A DNA stretch of 64,000 nucleotides from assembly GCA_044237765.1 (NCBI GenBank), contig JBIIEQ010000010.1, forward strand, positions 468-64,467, written 5' to 3'. Position numbers and translations under genes: made by a program. Below, piece by piece: positions 46,683-58,540 of this stretch (position 1 is its first letter; every line of letters starts with the position of its first letter). The notes below the pieces were generated by a model, which did no database searches, was not told the DNA's origin, and saw only the letters and a program-made list of their open reading frames with translations. The DNA comes from Methylococcaceae bacterium (lineage in GTDB: Bacteria > Pseudomonadota > Gammaproteobacteria > Methylococcales > Methylococcaceae).

Positions 46683-48485
46683 GTGTCGGATCAAAAGCAC
46701 ATACGCAACTTTTCTATCATCGCTCACATCGATCATGGCAAATCCACCCTGGCGGATCGTTTTATCCAGACCTGTGGCGGGCTCAGCGAGCGGGAGATGT
46801 CTGCTCAGGTGCTCGATTCAATGGATATCGAGCGAGAACGTGGGATTACCATAAAGGCGCAAAGCGTTACCCTCGGCTACAAGGCTAGGGATGGACAGAC
46901 ATATCAGCTGAACCTGATCGACACGCCCGGGCATGTCGATTTTTCCTATGAGGTTTCGCGATCACTTGCGGCGTGTGAGGGCGCTCTGCTTGTCGTGGAT
47001 GCGGCCCAGGGTGTAGAGGCCCAGAGCGTGGCCAACTGTTATACGGCGATCGAGCAGGGCCTGGAGGTCATCCCTGTCCTGAACAAGATCGATCTGCCTT
47101 CTGCCGAACCGGATCGCGTCTGTACGGAAATCGAAGAAATAATTGGCGTGCCGGCGGATGAAGCCCTGCGCATCAGTGCCAAGACCGGGCTAGGTGTCGA
47201 AGATCTGCTTGAGCAACTGGTTGCCAAGGTACCCGCGCCAGAGGGTGATCCTGCTGCGCCCTTGCAGGCACTGATCATCGATTCATGGTTCGACAATTAC
47301 CTGGGCGTGGTGTCGCTGGTGCGGGTGGTCAATGGTTCGATCAAACGCAAGCAGAAGATGGTGATGATGTCGACGGGCAAGAGCCACATCGTCGATAAAC
47401 TCGGTGTGTTTACGCCCAAATCACTCAACAAGGAAAGCCTCGATACCGGCGAGGTGGGTTTTGTCATTGCCGGCATCAAGGATATATTTGGGGCGCCTGT
47501 GGGGGACACGATCACGGCGACCGATGAGCCATGCGAGCAGGCATTGCCCGGTTTTCAACAGGTTCAGCCGCGCGTGTTCGCGGGTCTCTATCCGGTTGAG
47601 TCCGATGATTACGAGGATCTGCGCGAAGCGCTAAACAAGCTGAACCTCAATGATGCCGCGCTGCAGTTCGAGCCCGAAACCTCCCAGGCGCTCGGCTTTG
47701 GTTTTCGCTGTGGGTTTCTCGGAATGCTCCATATGGAGATCATCCAAGAACGTCTTGAGCGTGAGTATGATCTCGATCTCATTACTACGGCCCCCACCGT
47801 GGTTTACGAGATTCTCAAATCCGATGAAACCACCATCGAGATCGATAATCCATCCAAATTGCCTCCGCCGAACGAGATTGTCGAGATTCGTGAGCCCATC
47901 ATCGAGGCCAACATCCTCGTTCCTCAAGATTATTTGGGCAATGTCATCAGTCTGTGCATCGAAAAGCGCGGTGTGCAGCGTCGCATGCAGTACACCGGCG
48001 GGCAGGTAGCCATCAGTTTCGAGTTGCCGCTGAGCGAGGTGGTCCTGGATTTCTTTGACCGACTTAAATCCGTCAGCCGGGGCTTTGCCTCATTTGATTA
48101 CGAGTTCCTGCGATTCCAGGCGGCGCCGCTCATCAAGCTCGATATTCTCATCAATGGCGAGCGGGTCGATGCCCTTTCCTTGATCGTGCACCGGGATATC
48201 AGTCAATCCCGCGGGCGCGATCTGGTTGAAAAAATGAAGGATCTGATTCCCCGGCAGATGTACGAAGTAGCCATTCAGGCCGCGATCGGCTCCAAGATCA
48301 TTGCCCGATCCTCGGTAAAGGCCATGCGCAAGAATGTTCTGGCCAAATGTTACGGCGGTGATATCACGCGAAAGAAAAAGCTGCTCGAAAAGCAGAAGGC
48401 GGGTAAGAAGCGTATGAAGCAGGTAGGTAAGATCGATATTCCGCAAGAAGCCTTCCTCGCTGTTCTACGCGTCAATAAGGATTAA
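46683..48485 (+). CDS. lepA: Elongation factor 4
   Basis: [34 protein letters not shown]-terminal LepA domain. GTG start at 46683 gives 600 aa; the track start 46581 overlaps degP. Confidence 0.93.
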   Translation: MSDQKHIRNFSIIAHIDHGKSTLADRFIQTCGGLSEREMSAQVLDSMDIERERGITIKAQSVTLGYKARDGQTYQLNLIDTPGHVDFSYEVSRSLAACEGALLVVDAAQGVEAQSVANCYTAIEQGLEVIPVLNKIDLPSAEPDRVCTEIEEIIGVPADEALRISAKTGLGVEDLLEQLVAKVPAPEGDPAAPLQALIIDSWFDNYLGVVSLVRVVNGSIKRKQKMVMMSTGKSHIVDKLGVFTPKSLNKESLDTGEVGFVIAGIKDIFGAPVGDTITATDEPCEQALPGFQQVQPRVFAGLYPVESDDYEDLREALNKLNLNDAALQFEPETSQALGFGFRCGFLGMLHMEIIQERLEREYDLDLITTAPTVVYEILKSDETTIEIDNPSKLPPPNEIVEIREPIIEANILVPQDYLGNVISLCIEKRGVQRRMQYTGGQVAISFELPLSEVVLDFFDRLKSVSRGFASFDYEFLRFQAAPLIKLDILINGERVDALSLIVHRDISQSRGRDLVEKMKDLIPRQMYEVAIQAAIGSKIIARSSVKAMRKNVLAKCYGGDITRKKKLLEKQKAGKKRMKQVGKIDIPQEAFLAVLRVNKD

Positions 48486-48488
48486 CCG

Positions 48489-49265
48489 ATGGATTACGAT
48501 TTTTCGTTTTTTTTGGTGCTCGCGACCTTCGTCACGGGTATTGTCTGGGGCGTTTATGCCCTATTGCAGCGCAAGGGAATCTTAGATGCCGGTGCTCAGG
48601 AGCCCATCATTGTCGAGTATGCCCGGTCCTTCTTTCCGGTAGTGCTGGTTGTGTTGCTGCTGCGTTCCTTTCTGTTTGAGCCTTTTCGGATCCCCTCGGG
48701 CTCCATGATGCCCACCCTCCTGGTGGGTGACTTCATTCTTGTCAACAAATTTACCTACGGCGTACGCTTGCCGGTACTCAATACGAAAATTATCGAGAAT
48801 GGTTCACCTGAGCGGGGCGACATCATCGTCTTTCGTTTTCCCAAGGATCCAACGGTGGATTACATCAAGCGAGTGGTGGGCTTGCCCGGCGATCGCATCG
48901 GGTACTACAACAAGCAGGTTTTCGTGAATGGTGCTGCCATCAAGCAAACAGCCCTGGGCGAATACATGGGCGGGACTCAAGGAGCCGGCATGGAAGGGGA
49001 GTCGCTGTTCAGTGAGGAGTTGGGCAAGGTCACCCACGACATCCTGGTCAGGCAGGGGGATCCCTCGGCTCGTGAAGGCGAATTTGTTGTGCCCGCGGGA
49101 CAGTATTTCGTGATGGGCGATAACCGTGACAACAGCAACGACAGTCGTTTCTGGGGTGCGGTGCCTGAGGGCAATCTGGTCGGTCGAGCCTTCTTTATCT
49201 GGATGAGTTGGGATTCCGGCAAGCCCGGCATTTCCTTCAATCGAATTGGCCAGGTGCTGGAGTGA
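48489..49265 (+). CDS. lepB: Signal peptidase I
   Basis: IPSGSMMPTL (Ser), DYIKRVVGLPGD (Lys), VMGDNRDNSNDSRFWG. Confidence 0.93.
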   Translation: MDYDFSFFLVLATFVTGIVWGVYALLQRKGILDAGAQEPIIVEYARSFFPVVLVVLLLRSFLFEPFRIPSGSMMPTLLVGDFILVNKFTYGVRLPVLNTKIIENGSPERGDIIVFRFPKDPTVDYIKRVVGLPGDRIGYYNKQVFVNGAAIKQTALGEYMGGTQGAGMEGESLFSEELGKVTHDILVRQGDPSAREGEFVVPAGQYFVMGDNRDNSNDSRFWGAVPEGNLVGRAFFIWMSWDSGKPGISFNRIGQVLE

Positions 49266-49681
49266 TGACCGTCCATCCGCGATGCGTGACCAACATGGGG
49301 AGATCCCGGCGATGCCGGTCATTCCAGAGGGGCATGACATTGCTGTCATTTCTGGTGACTGTTGCGATTGCCATTGTGCTGGGCACCCTGGTGATGGGTT
49401 TGTTGCCGGCCTACGTCAATCATTACAAGGTGAAGGCTTCGCTCGCGGCCCTGCAATCCCAGCCGGAGTGGGCTTCACGGTCTCGGGAAGAGATCATTAG
49501 CGCTCTGCAAAAACATTGGGAGGTTGATTCGGTGGATGACGTCACCCCGCGAGACATTGCCATTACCCGCGAGGGGCGGAACACCAATGTACGTGTCGCC
49601 TACGATGTGACCCGGCCTTTTTTCCGCAATATCGAACTGGTGATCCATTTTGATGAGGCGATAGAGGCGGCTGACCGTTGA
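49265..49681 (+). CDS. DUF4845-like small membrane protein
   Basis: QRGMTLLSFLVTVAIAIVLGTLVMGLLPAYVNHYKV. Conserved lepB-X-rnc position. The start could be ATG 49265 or 49295. Confidence 0.55.
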   Translation: MTVHPRCVTNMGRSRRCRSFQRGMTLLSFLVTVAIAIVLGTLVMGLLPAYVNHYKVKASLAALQSQPEWASRSREEIISALQKHWEVDSVDDVTPRDIAITREGRNTNVRVAYDVTRPFFRNIELVIHFDEAIEAADR

Positions 49682-50370
49682 TTCAGGAGCCCGAAAAACT
49701 CGCCAGGAAACTTGGTCTCAAATTCAAGCAACCGATGCTCGTGAAGCGGGCATTGACGCATCGAAGCGCCCATGCCGACAACAACGAGCGACTCGAATTT
49801 CTGGGGGATTCGGTGCTTGGATTTGTCATTGCCGAGCGGCTTTACCAGAAGTTCACCGAAGCGGACGAGGGGGTGCTGAGCCGCCTGCGCGCCACCCTGG
49901 TCAATCAAACGGCCCTGGCCAATATCGCCCGCAAGCTCAGCTTGGGCGACTACCTGATCCTTGGCTCGGGTGAACTGAAAAGTGGTGGCTATCGCCGGGA
50001 CTCCATTCTCTCCGATGCCATGGAGGCATTGATCGGTGCCTTGCTCATCGATCAGGGCATTGATGCCTGCCGTGTCTGGATTCTGGGGTTATTCGCAGAT
50101 CAGATCGACGGACTTTCCATGCGTGACTGGAAAAAAGATCCCAAAACCCGGTTGCAGGAATCCATGCAGGCCAGAGGATTGGATCTCCCGGCTTACACGC
50201 TCAAGTCAGTGGTGGGGCAACCTCATGATCAAAGTTTTGTGGTGGAGTGCCGGGTTTCTCTCACCGAGGAAACTTGCGAGGGGAGGGGGTCTTCCCGTAA
50301 ACGGGCCGAGCAGGAATCCGCGGAAAAAATGCTCGCTAAACTCATCGAAGAATTTGGGTTGAAAGCATGA
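49678..50370 (+). CDS. rnc: Ribonuclease III
   Basis: ALTHRSA, ERLEFLGDSVLG signature, C-terminal dsRBD. TTG start. Confidence 0.92.
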   Translation: MIQEPEKLARKLGLKFKQPMLVKRALTHRSAHADNNERLEFLGDSVLGFVIAERLYQKFTEADEGVLSRLRATLVNQTALANIARKLSLGDYLILGSGELKSGGYRRDSILSDAMEALIGALLIDQGIDACRVWILGLFADQIDGLSMRDWKKDPKTRLQESMQARGLDLPAYTLKSVVGQPHDQSFVVECRVSLTEETCEGRGSSRKRAEQESAEKMLAKLIEEFGLKA

Positions 50371-51248
50371 AATCTGGTTTTGTTGCGCTCGTCGGTCGGC
50401 CGAATGTAGGTAAGTCGACCTTGCTCAATCATCTGGTGGGACAAAAGATCAGTATTACGTCGCGCCGCCCGCAAACGACGCGTCATCGCATACATGGGAT
50501 CAAGACGACTGAGGCTGGGCAGGCGATTTTTGTCGATACTCCCGGCATCCATGCCAGCGAAAAGCGCGCCATGAACCGGTATCTCAACAAGGCCGCCGGT
50601 TCGGCCCTTGGCGATGTCGATGTGGTGGTATGGCTCATCGATCGGCCAGCGTGGTTGCCGGAGGACGAGTTGGTGCTGCAACGCATCAGCACGGCAGGGG
50701 TGCCGGTTATTCTGGTCATCAACAAGATCGACCGTATTGAGGACAAGGACGAGTTACTGCCATTTTTGCAGGCAGCTTCGGAAAACCATGACTTCGCCGC
50801 GATGATTCCGGTTTCCGCGCTGAGGAGTTCCAATCTCGATGTGCTGGATCGAACGATCATGGATCTTCTGCCCGAGGGGGAGCCAATTTTTCCGGAAGAT
50901 CAGATTACCGATCGTTCCATGCGCTTCATGGCGGCGGAGATTATTCGGGAAAAGTTGATCCGTTCCCTGGGCCAAGAGGTGCCCCATGCGTTGACCGTTG
51001 AAATCGAGGAGTACAAGCAGGAGGGGGAATTGACCCGCATCCGTGCCTTGATCCTGGTTGAACGGGCCGGACAGAAAGCCATCGTCATCGGCAAGAAGGG
51101 CGAGGTGCTGAAAAAAGTCGGCGAACGCGCCCGCCATGACCTGGAGCGGATGCTCGAGGGTAAGGTATTCCTGCAGTTGTGGGTCAAGGTGAAGGAGGGT
51201 TGGTCCGACGATGAGCGCGCCCTGAGGAGTCTGGGTTACGCGGATTGA
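50367..51248 (+). CDS. era: GTPase Era
   Basis: GRPNVGKSTLLN, DTPG, NKID, C-terminal KH domain. Confidence 0.93.
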   Translation: MKSGFVALVGRPNVGKSTLLNHLVGQKISITSRRPQTTRHRIHGIKTTEAGQAIFVDTPGIHASEKRAMNRYLNKAAGSALGDVDVVVWLIDRPAWLPEDELVLQRISTAGVPVILVINKIDRIEDKDELLPFLQAASENHDFAAMIPVSALRSSNLDVLDRTIMDLLPEGEPIFPEDQITDRSMRFMAAEIIREKLIRSLGQEVPHALTVEIEEYKQEGELTRIRALILVERAGQKAIVIGKKGEVLKKVGERARHDLERMLEGKVFLQLWVKVKEGWSDDERALRSLGYAD

Positions 51249-51260
51249 AGCGACCCTGGC

Positions 51261-51977
51261 ATGGTGCAGAGTCGCTATCCCTGCGATTTGATGGATGAAG
51301 CCATCATCCTGCATTGCCAGCCCTACCGCGAGACCAGCCTGTTCGTCGATGTGCTGACCGAAGGTCATGGCCGGCTTCGGCTGCTGTCCAAGGGTGCCCG
51401 GCGGGGGCGGCATCCACTTTCCCATATACTGCGGCCTTTTTCGCGAGTCCGACTCTCCTGGGCCGGGCGAGGGGAACTGCCGTTGCTGACGGTTGCCGAG
51501 CCATCCGAGCCGTCCGTTTGCCTCGAAGGCACGGCCCTGTTCTGCGGGTTCTACATTTCAGAGCTTCTGTTGAAGCTATTGGCCCTTCAGGATCCGCATG
51601 CAGGGATATTCAGGCTGTGCCTTGAGACGCTGCAGGCGCTTGAGCGGGGTGCCGATCTGCAGCCGACGCTCAGGGGCTACGAGGTCGCTTTGCTGGAGGA
51701 AATTGGCTATGGGCTGCGTCTGGATGAAGATGCCGAAGGACGACCCATCAGTGCCGATCAGGTCTATCTTTATCGACTCGAAGAGGGTGCCGTGCCGGTC
51801 GGGTCGGGGAGGCGGAATGGGGTTCGGGGGGCGACCCTCCTGGCATTGCAGCAGCGTCAGTTCAGCGATGACTCAGAGTTGCGCGAGGCCAAACGACTGA
51901 TGCGGGGTGTTCTCAAGCACTACCTTAACGGACGCTCACTCAAGAGCCGTGAACTGTTCAAACCAACAAAGAGTTAA
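51261..51977 (+). CDS. recO: DNA repair protein RecO
   Basis: [35 protein letters not shown]. Conserved era-recO-pdxJ order. Confidence 0.88.
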   Translation: MVQSRYPCDLMDEAIILHCQPYRETSLFVDVLTEGHGRLRLLSKGARRGRHPLSHILRPFSRVRLSWAGRGELPLLTVAEPSEPSVCLEGTALFCGFYISELLLKLLALQDPHAGIFRLCLETLQALERGADLQPTLRGYEVALLEEIGYGLRLDEDAEGRPISADQVYLYRLEEGAVPVGSGRRNGVRGATLLALQQRQFSDDSELREAKRLMRGVLKHYLNGRSLKSRELFKPTKS

Positions 51978-51984
51978 TGCGATC

Positions 51985-52746
51985 ATGAGCGCGACATCAC
52001 CCATCCTGTTGGGGGTCAACATAGACCATATTGCCACCGTCCGTCAGGCGCGCGGGACCCGCTTTCCCGAGGTCATCCATGCCGCGTTGATCGCAGAGCA
52101 GGCCGGAGCGGACGGCATTACCGCCCATCTGCGCGAGGACAGGCGGCATATCCAGGACAGGGACATCGAACTGCTGAGCCGTATTTTGCAAACCCGGCTG
52201 AATTTGGAAATGGCCGTCACCGACGCAATGGTGGAAATGGCCGTCACCGTCCGCCCTGGTGCCTGTTGTCTGGTGCCCGAAAAGCGCGAGGAACTCACCA
52301 CCGAAGGCGGACTGGATGTGGTGGGTAACTTCGACCGGGTAAAGGCAGCCTGCGCAGCGCTCGGTGAGGCGGCAATCGAGGTTTCTCTCTTTATCGATGC
52401 CGACACACCTCAAATCGAGGCAGCCGTCCGGGCCGGAGCGCCGGTTGTCGAGCTGCACACCGGTCATTATGCAGACGCGGTCACATCGGGGGACCGGCTG
52501 CAGGAATTGGAGCGTCTCCGGGTTGCAGCACGGCGGGCGGCCAGCCTAGGGCTTGTCGTTAATGCCGGTCATGGCCTTAATTACCATAATGTTGCCGATG
52601 TCTGCCGAATTCAGGAGTTTCGGGAGTTGAATATCGGTCATTCCATCATCGCCCGTGCACTCTTCTCGGGCCTCGATAAGGCGGTTCGTGACATGAAGTC
52701 CATCATGGAAACGGCTCGGGTGGCCGCTTCAATTGACCCCGCTTAG
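51985..52746 (+). CDS. pdxJ: Pyridoxine 5'-phosphate synthase
   Basis: [60 protein letters not shown]. Confidence 0.93.
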   Translation: MSATSPILLGVNIDHIATVRQARGTRFPEVIHAALIAEQAGADGITAHLREDRRHIQDRDIELLSRILQTRLNLEMAVTDAMVEMAVTVRPGACCLVPEKREELTTEGGLDVVGNFDRVKAACAALGEAAIEVSLFIDADTPQIEAAVRAGAPVVELHTGHYADAVTSGDRLQELERLRVAARRAASLGLVVNAGHGLNYHNVADVCRIQEFRELNIGHSIIARALFSGLDKAVRDMKSIMETARVAASIDPA

Positions 52747-52832
52747 GCATTCTGCGATAGTTCCCGCCCCGCTAAATCACCTAACTTGAGGGCGCTGTGG
52801 GTTGCATTTCGGTGTAATCCGCCTAATTTGGT

Positions 52833-53504
52833 ATGCCAGCTTCACGACACGGCGAGCAGGAATTGGCCACACCATCCCGGCGGCGACAGCTGTCCGGACG
52901 GAGCTTGCCGCCCGTTCAGACCGCTTATCAGCGTCCGGTCATACTCGGCTTTCTGGTCTTTTTTATCATCCTGGCCTTGTTGTTCCATCAGCTCCACACC
53001 CGGTTGGCCGATATGGAATCCAGCTTGGCGACCGAGGCTGTGGGAGGCGGCCGACTGGATGCCATGGGGCAACAGATGGAGGTTCTTCGCAACCGGCTGC
53101 ATGGATTGCTGGCTGATTCTGTCGAGATTCGGCTCAAGTCACTGGAGCGTGATATCTCGCTGGGCAAGGTGAGTACCGAGGATCTGCAGCTGTTTGATAC
53201 CCTTCAAAACGACCTCAAGGCGCTGGAGAACTACTCCAGCATGGCGGGCTCCATCGGGATCGATGAGGCGGTGCGCGAGCATCCTCGTTATCAGTCGCTG
53301 GCCCTTGCATCCGGGAAAGCTATCGCCCACGGCGAGATGCTGAACGAAATTTCCCGGCTACGGATATTGCTTTATCTCTGTCTGACCGGTCTGATCGCCG
53401 GCGGTGCCGTTCTGGCGGGTCGCTACTGGGTCGAATCCCGCCGGCAGTCGGCCCTCTTGCCGCCAAAGGTATCCAAGCCAGCTCTATTGGGGCGGCGCCG
53501 CTAG
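52833..53504 (+). CDS. Hypothetical membrane protein (N- and C-terminal TM helices around a coiled-coil-like region)
   Basis: VILGFLVFFIILALLF ... LRILLYLCLTGLIAGGAVLAG. No recognisable domain. Confidence 0.45.
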   Translation: MPASRHGEQELATPSRRRQLSGRSLPPVQTAYQRPVILGFLVFFIILALLFHQLHTRLADMESSLATEAVGGGRLDAMGQQMEVLRNRLHGLLADSVEIRLKSLERDISLGKVSTEDLQLFDTLQNDLKALENYSSMAGSIGIDEAVREHPRYQSLALASGKAIAHGEMLNEISRLRILLYLCLTGLIAGGAVLAGRYWVESRRQSALLPPKVSKPALLGRRR

Positions 53505-53578
53505 ATCCGTTGCCTCAATCAACCGTTTCGGCAGGGACATAGCGTGCTGCACGAATTCGCCAACCACTCTCCGCGCCA

Positions 53579-54565
53579 TTGTCTGCGACTCCCTTAAGAC
53601 GAACTGTCTCCGTCGCGCCCATGCTCGACTGGACTGACCGCCATTGCCGATTCTTTCTGCGGCTGATTTCCTGTCGGGTGCTGCTGTACACCGAGATGGT
53701 GACGACAGGGGCCGTTTTGTATGGCGATCGGGAACGGTTGCTGGGGTTCAATTTGCCGGAAAAACCGCTGGCGCTTCAGTTGGGTGGCAGCGATCCGGCC
53801 GACCTTGCCGAGTGTGCTCGCATTGGGGAAGGATGGGGTTACGATGAGATCAACCTGAATGTCGGTTGCCCGAGCGATCGCGTGCAACGCGGACGTTTTG
53901 GTGCCTGCCTGATGGCTGAACCGGAACTGGTCGCGGAATGTATCGCGGCCATGGCCAGCGCCGTCAGGATTCCGGTGACAGTAAAAACCCGCATCGGGAT
54001 TGACGAGCGGGATTCCTACGAAGAGCTGGCCCACTTTATCTCCACAGTGGAGGCGGCGGGTTGCGAAACCTTCATCATTCATGCGCGCAAGGCCTGGCTC
54101 AGTGGGCTCTCGCCCAAGGAAAACCGAGAGGTCCCGCCGTTGCGGTATGACATCGCAGCGCAGATCAAATGCGATTTCCCCAGGTTGGAGATCATTCTGA
54201 ATGGAGGAATCCAGTCGCTTGATGAGGCGAAGGCCCATTTGGAGACCTTCGATGGCGTCATGATAGGGCGCGCGGCCTACCATAATCCTTATCTGCTGGC
54301 TGACGCCGATCGTCTGTTATTCGGCGAGGCTCATTCGCCTCTTCCCCGACGGGCCATCATCGAGTCCATGTTGCCCTATATTCAAGCTGAACTGGATCGC
54401 GGTGTTCGTCTTCACTCCATCAGTCGCCACCTGCTAGGTCTCTACCATGGTCAGCCCGGCGGACGACTTTGGCGGCGGCATCTCGGTGAAGCGGCCACCC
54501 AGCGCACGGCGGGTGTGGCGGAGCTTCGGGACATTCTTGAGCGGGACTGGCTCAGATCAGCCTGA
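53579..54565 (+). CDS. dusA: tRNA-dihydrouridine(20/20a) synthase DusA
   Basis: VSVAPMLDWTDRHCRFFLRL, INLNVGCPSDRV, FIIHARKAWL. TTG start. Confidence 0.92.
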   Translation: MSATPLRRTVSVAPMLDWTDRHCRFFLRLISCRVLLYTEMVTTGAVLYGDRERLLGFNLPEKPLALQLGGSDPADLAECARIGEGWGYDEINLNVGCPSDRVQRGRFGACLMAEPELVAECIAAMASAVRIPVTVKTRIGIDERDSYEELAHFISTVEAAGCETFIIHARKAWLSGLSPKENREVPPLRYDIAAQIKCDFPRLEIILNGGIQSLDEAKAHLETFDGVMIGRAAYHNPYLLADADRLLFGEAHSPLPRRAIIESMLPYIQAELDRGVRLHSISRHLLGLYHGQPGGRLWRRHLGEAATQRTAGVAELRDILERDWLRSA

Positions 54566-54622
54566 ACAGTAAGCGGTCTGGCCGGGGTATACTTAGCGCC
54601 TCGTGAAATTCGGTGACATGAC

Positions 54623-55177
54623 ATGCAAGACAAGATGGAACAACTGTTTTCCCAAATCATTCAGGAAATCGGGGAAGACGTGACGCGGGAGGGCTTGGTT
54701 GACACCCCCAAGCGCGCAGCGGCGGCGTTCCGCTTTATCAACAATGGCTACACTCGCAGCCTGGATGATGTGCTGAATAACGCCATCTTTGAGGCCGATA
54801 CCGAAGACATGGTGATCGTCAAGGATATCGAGCTGTATTCGCTGTGCGAGCACCACTTGCTCCCTTTTATCGGCAAATGCCACGTGGCCTACCTGCCTAA
54901 GGGGAAGGTCATTGGTTTGTCCAAGGTGGCCCGTATCGTTGACATGTATGCCCGTCGCCTGCAGATCCAGGAGCGGCTGACCAATCAGATCGCGACAGCC
55001 TTGCATACGGCCATTGACCCGGTCGGGGTAGCCGTTGTAATCGAGGCCAAGCATCTGTGCATGATGATGCGGGGTGTCGAAAAGCAGAACTCGGTCATGA
55101 CGACGTCCTCGATGCTGGGACTGTTTCGCAAGCAGATCAGCACCCGATCGGAATTCCTTAATCTGATCAACCGCTAG
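54623..55177 (+). CDS. folE: GTP cyclohydrolase I (FolE type 1)
   Basis: [44 protein letters not shown]. Confidence 0.93.
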   Translation: MQDKMEQLFSQIIQEIGEDVTREGLVDTPKRAAAAFRFINNGYTRSLDDVLNNAIFEADTEDMVIVKDIELYSLCEHHLLPFIGKCHVAYLPKGKVIGLSKVARIVDMYARRLQIQERLTNQIATALHTAIDPVGVAVVIEAKHLCMMMRGVEKQNSVMTTSSMLGLFRKQISTRSEFLNLINR

Positions 55178-55297
55178 GCCGGATGAAAAGCGCCCTCGTG
55201 GGATGGCCGGTCGCCGGTCATCGATACCCGGCTTCTTGTGCATGGGTCATTGGGTGAAAATGTCTTTGGAACCCAGTAGGCCCCGGAGACTTGGGCG

Positions 55298-57658
55298 GTG
55301 AGGGCTGATAAGTCGGAAAGGAGTCGGCGGACTCATCGACGCTTACAAAAAAAGCCCCGCTCATTTTTTTCGGCTATCGGTCGATTCTTTCTTTATCTGA
55401 CGCCATTCGTTCTCGCCGCGTTGGTGGCCTACGTGGGTTATCAGGATCGTCTGGTCCGAGAACAGTTCGAAGGTAAGCGGTGGGCATTGCCCGCCCGCGT
55501 CTATGCCAGTTCAGCCGAGATCTTCGTTGGCGCGTCTTACGATGCAGGCAGCTTTGAGTGGCTGCTGAATCAACTCAAATACCGAAAGGATGCCCAGCTT
55601 TCGACCCAGGGGAGCTACATCCGGCTGGGCGATGAAGTGGTATTCAAGACCCGGGATTTTCAGTTCCCCGACAAGCCGGAACCGGCCCGCGAGTTGCGCG
55701 CACAATTCGCTCAGGATCAGATCATCCTGCTGGAGGACATGGCCTCCGGTAAAGCCGTGCCCCTCCTGCGGATGGAGCCTGCACAAATAGGCAGTTTCTA
55801 TCCTGCCCGCCGGGAGGATCGCGTGCTGATCAAGCTGGATCAAGCCCCCGATGATCTCCTGAACGCCCTGTTCGCCAGCGAGGACCATGATTTTTATGGT
55901 CATCACGGCGTCTCGCTGCGCGGCATTATGCGGGCCATGTTTGTCAACGTCCGTGCTGGGGGCATCGTCCAGGGCGGCAGCACGCTAACGCAGCAGCTGG
56001 TCAAGAACTTTTACCTTTCCTCGGAGCGGACCTGGTGGCGCAAGATCAACGAAATCGTGATGGCGGTCATCCTGGATGCCCGCTATTCGAAAGAAGAGAT
56101 ACTGGAAGCCTATCTCAACGAAATTTACCTGGGTCAGGATGGCTCCCGGGCCGTGCATGGTTTCGGGTTGGCCAGCCAGTATTACTTTGGCCGATCCATC
56201 GAGGAACTCCAGCTCCATCACATTGCTTTGCTGGTTTCTTTGGTGCGCGGTCCTTCCTACTACGATCCCTACAAGACGCCTGATCGGGTTTTGAAACGGC
56301 GGGATCTGATTCTCGATGAGATGGTGGCGCAAGGCTTTATTGAGCCGCCCGTGGCGGACGAGTCCAAGTCACATCCGCTGGACGTGGTGGCCGATCCGCA
56401 TCAGTCGATCACCCGCTATCCAGCCTTCATGGATCTTGTACGTCGCCAGTTGCAAAAGGAATACCGAGCGGAGGATCTCACCTCTGAAGGGCTGAAGGTG
56501 TTCACTACGCTGGATGTCAACGTGCAAAAGCAATTGCAGACGGTGATGGCCAATCAGCTGGACAGCCTGGACGGTCGTAGAAAAAAATCTCCGCTCCAGG
56601 GCGCGGCCATTCTGACCCGACGAAGTACGGGGGAAATAGCGGCATTGGTGGGTGGTCGTGACCCCGAATCTACCGGATTCAATCGTGCCCTGGATGCCTA
56701 TCGGCAGATCGGTTCGCTCTACAAACCCGTGGTTTATTTGACCGCGCTGGAAAATTCCGATCAGTACACGGTGTCGACCTTGCTTCAGGACACCGCGATA
56801 CAGGTCAAGAGCCCCGGATATACCTGGGCTCCCAAGAACTTTGATGGACGCGAGCATGGGTCCATTCCCTTGTTCAATGCCCTGGTGCATTCCTACAATC
56901 TCGCGACGGTCAGGTTGGGCATGGATGTGGGTATTGCACATACCGCGCAAACCCTGCGGCGGCTCGGTGTGGAACGGCCCGTGGAGATGTTGCCGTCACT
57001 GTTATTGGGGACCTCGACGCTCTCGCCGCTGGAAGTGGCCCAGATGTACCAAACCCTCGCCAGCGATGGCTTTGTCACGCCGATACGCGCCATTCAGGCT
57101 GTCGTTTCCCCCGAAGGCAAGATGCTGCAACGGTTCGGTCTGGATGTGCGGCAATCCGTCGATGCCTCGGTGGTGTTCATGTTGAATACGCTGCTGAAGG
57201 AGGTCATGCGCAGCGGGACCGGCAAGCCTGCATTGAGCCTGATGCCGGCCAGTCTCGAACCTGCCGGTAAAACCGGTACCACCAACGATATGCGGGATAG
57301 CTGGTTTGCCGGTTTTACCGGAGATTATCTCGGCGTTGCCTGGATCGGGCGGGATGATAATCAGCCGGCCGGTCTGACGGGTGCGGAGGGCGCCCTGCGG
57401 ATCTGGGCGACGGCGATGAAGAAGGTGAGTCGTGAACCGCTGGAACTGGATCAGCCGGAAAACATTGATCTGATCTGGGTCGATGCGCAAAGAGGCGGGC
57501 GTTCCGATTCGGGTTGCTCCGGCGCGATTCCCATGCCCTTCATCAAGGGGTCCGCGCCGGATCGGGTCTCAGGGTGCGGTGGCGGCGGTAGCGTCAAATC
57601 GGCGCCGACCCGCAAAAGCAAGCCTTCTGCTGATCGTCGGGTTGAGGATCTCTTCTGA
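55298..57658 (+). CDS. mrcB: Penicillin-binding protein 1B (bifunctional glycosyltransferase/transpeptidase)
   Basis: N-terminal TM, UB2H-type insert, GT51 motifs EDHDFYGHHG, GGSTLTQQL, RKINE. TPase motifs SLYKP, SYN, KTGTT. GTG start. Confidence 0.9.
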   Translation: MRADKSERSRRTHRRLQKKPRSFFSAIGRFFLYLTPFVLAALVAYVGYQDRLVREQFEGKRWALPARVYASSAEIFVGASYDAGSFEWLLNQLKYRKDAQLSTQGSYIRLGDEVVFKTRDFQFPDKPEPARELRAQFAQDQIILLEDMASGKAVPLLRMEPAQIGSFYPARREDRVLIKLDQAPDDLLNALFASEDHDFYGHHGVSLRGIMRAMFVNVRAGGIVQGGSTLTQQLVKNFYLSSERTWWRKINEIVMAVILDARYSKEEILEAYLNEIYLGQDGSRAVHGFGLASQYYFGRSIEELQLHHIALLVSLVRGPSYYDPYKTPDRVLKRRDLILDEMVAQGFIEPPVADESKSHPLDVVADPHQSITRYPAFMDLVRRQLQKEYRAEDLTSEGLKVFTTLDVNVQKQLQTVMANQLDSLDGRRKKSPLQGAAILTRRSTGEIAALVGGRDPESTGFNRALDAYRQIGSLYKPVVYLTALENSDQYTVSTLLQDTAIQVKSPGYTWAPKNFDGREHGSIPLFNALVHSYNLATVRLGMDVGIAHTAQTLRRLGVERPVEMLPSLLLGTSTLSPLEVAQMYQTLASDGFVTPIRAIQAVVSPEGKMLQRFGLDVRQSVDASVVFMLNTLLKEVMRSGTGKPALSLMPASLEPAGKTGTTNDMRDSWFAGFTGDYLGVAWIGRDDNQPAGLTGAEGALRIWATAMKKVSREPLELDQPENIDLIWVDAQRGGRSDSGCSGAIPMPFIKGSAPDRVSGCGGGGSVKSAPTRKSKPSADRRVEDLF

Positions 57659-57660
57659 AC

Positions 57661-58500
57661 ATGTCGGCACCATTGGACAAAGCCGTTCTGATTACTGGTT
57701 GCTCCTCGGGTATCGGGCTATGTGCTGCGCGTCAACTACGCCAGCGGGGTTATCGCGTCATGGCGACGGCCAGGAATCCGCTGGATGTCGCGCGGCTTGA
57801 AGAAGAAGGGTTCGAAGCCTTTTGCCTGGATCTGGCCGATTCCGCTTCGATCCGGTCGGCGCTGCGTCAGGTCCTGGAGGCCACTGGCGGTGTGCTTTAT
57901 GGTCTCTTCAATAACGGAGCCTACGGACAACCCGGAGCGGTTGAAGACCTCAGCCGGGAGGTGCTGCGTGAGCAGTTCGAGACCAATCTGTTTGGCACGC
58001 ACGAACTGACCAACCTGGTGATCCCCGTCATGCGCCGCCAGGGCGATGGCCGGATTATTCAGAATAGCTCGGTTCTGGGGTTTGCCGCCATGCGTTACCG
58101 GGGTGCCTACAATGCCAGCAAGTTTGCTCTGGAAGGTCTTTCCGACACACTGAGGTTGGAACTGCGGGGAACGGGTATCCATGTTTCGATCATTGAGCCC
58201 GGCCCAATTCTCAGTCGGTTTCGTGAAAATGCCTACACCATGTTCCGCAAGAACATCCTTGTCGAGAATAGCCCGCACCGGGAAACCTATCGATTGATGG
58301 AGGCTCGACTGCAAAAGGAGGGGCCAGCGGTTCCCTTCACTCTCGGGCCCGAAGCAGTTGTTGATAAAGTTGTTCATGCACTGGAGTCAAGGCGGCCCAG
58401 AGCCCGCTATTACGTGACTTTTCCCACCTACCTGTTTGGCTATCTCAAACGGGTTCTGCCGGGCAGAGCGCTGGACTGGATGTTGGGAAAAGTGGGGTAG
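57661..58500 (+). CDS. Short-chain dehydrogenase/reductase (SDR)
   Basis: VLITGCSSGIGL, NNGAYG, catalytic YNASKFALEG. Confidence 0.85.
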   Translation: MSAPLDKAVLITGCSSGIGLCAARQLRQRGYRVMATARNPLDVARLEEEGFEAFCLDLADSASIRSALRQVLEATGGVLYGLFNNGAYGQPGAVEDLSREVLREQFETNLFGTHELTNLVIPVMRRQGDGRIIQNSSVLGFAAMRYRGAYNASKFALEGLSDTLRLELRGTGIHVSIIEPGPILSRFRENAYTMFRKNILVENSPHRETYRLMEARLQKEGPAVPFTLGPEAVVDKVVHALESRRPRARYYVTFPTYLFGYLKRVLPGRALDWMLGKVG

Positions 58501-58540
58501 GGTTCCGGTTCGAAGAATCCTTCCCTATTTTCGAGGCACT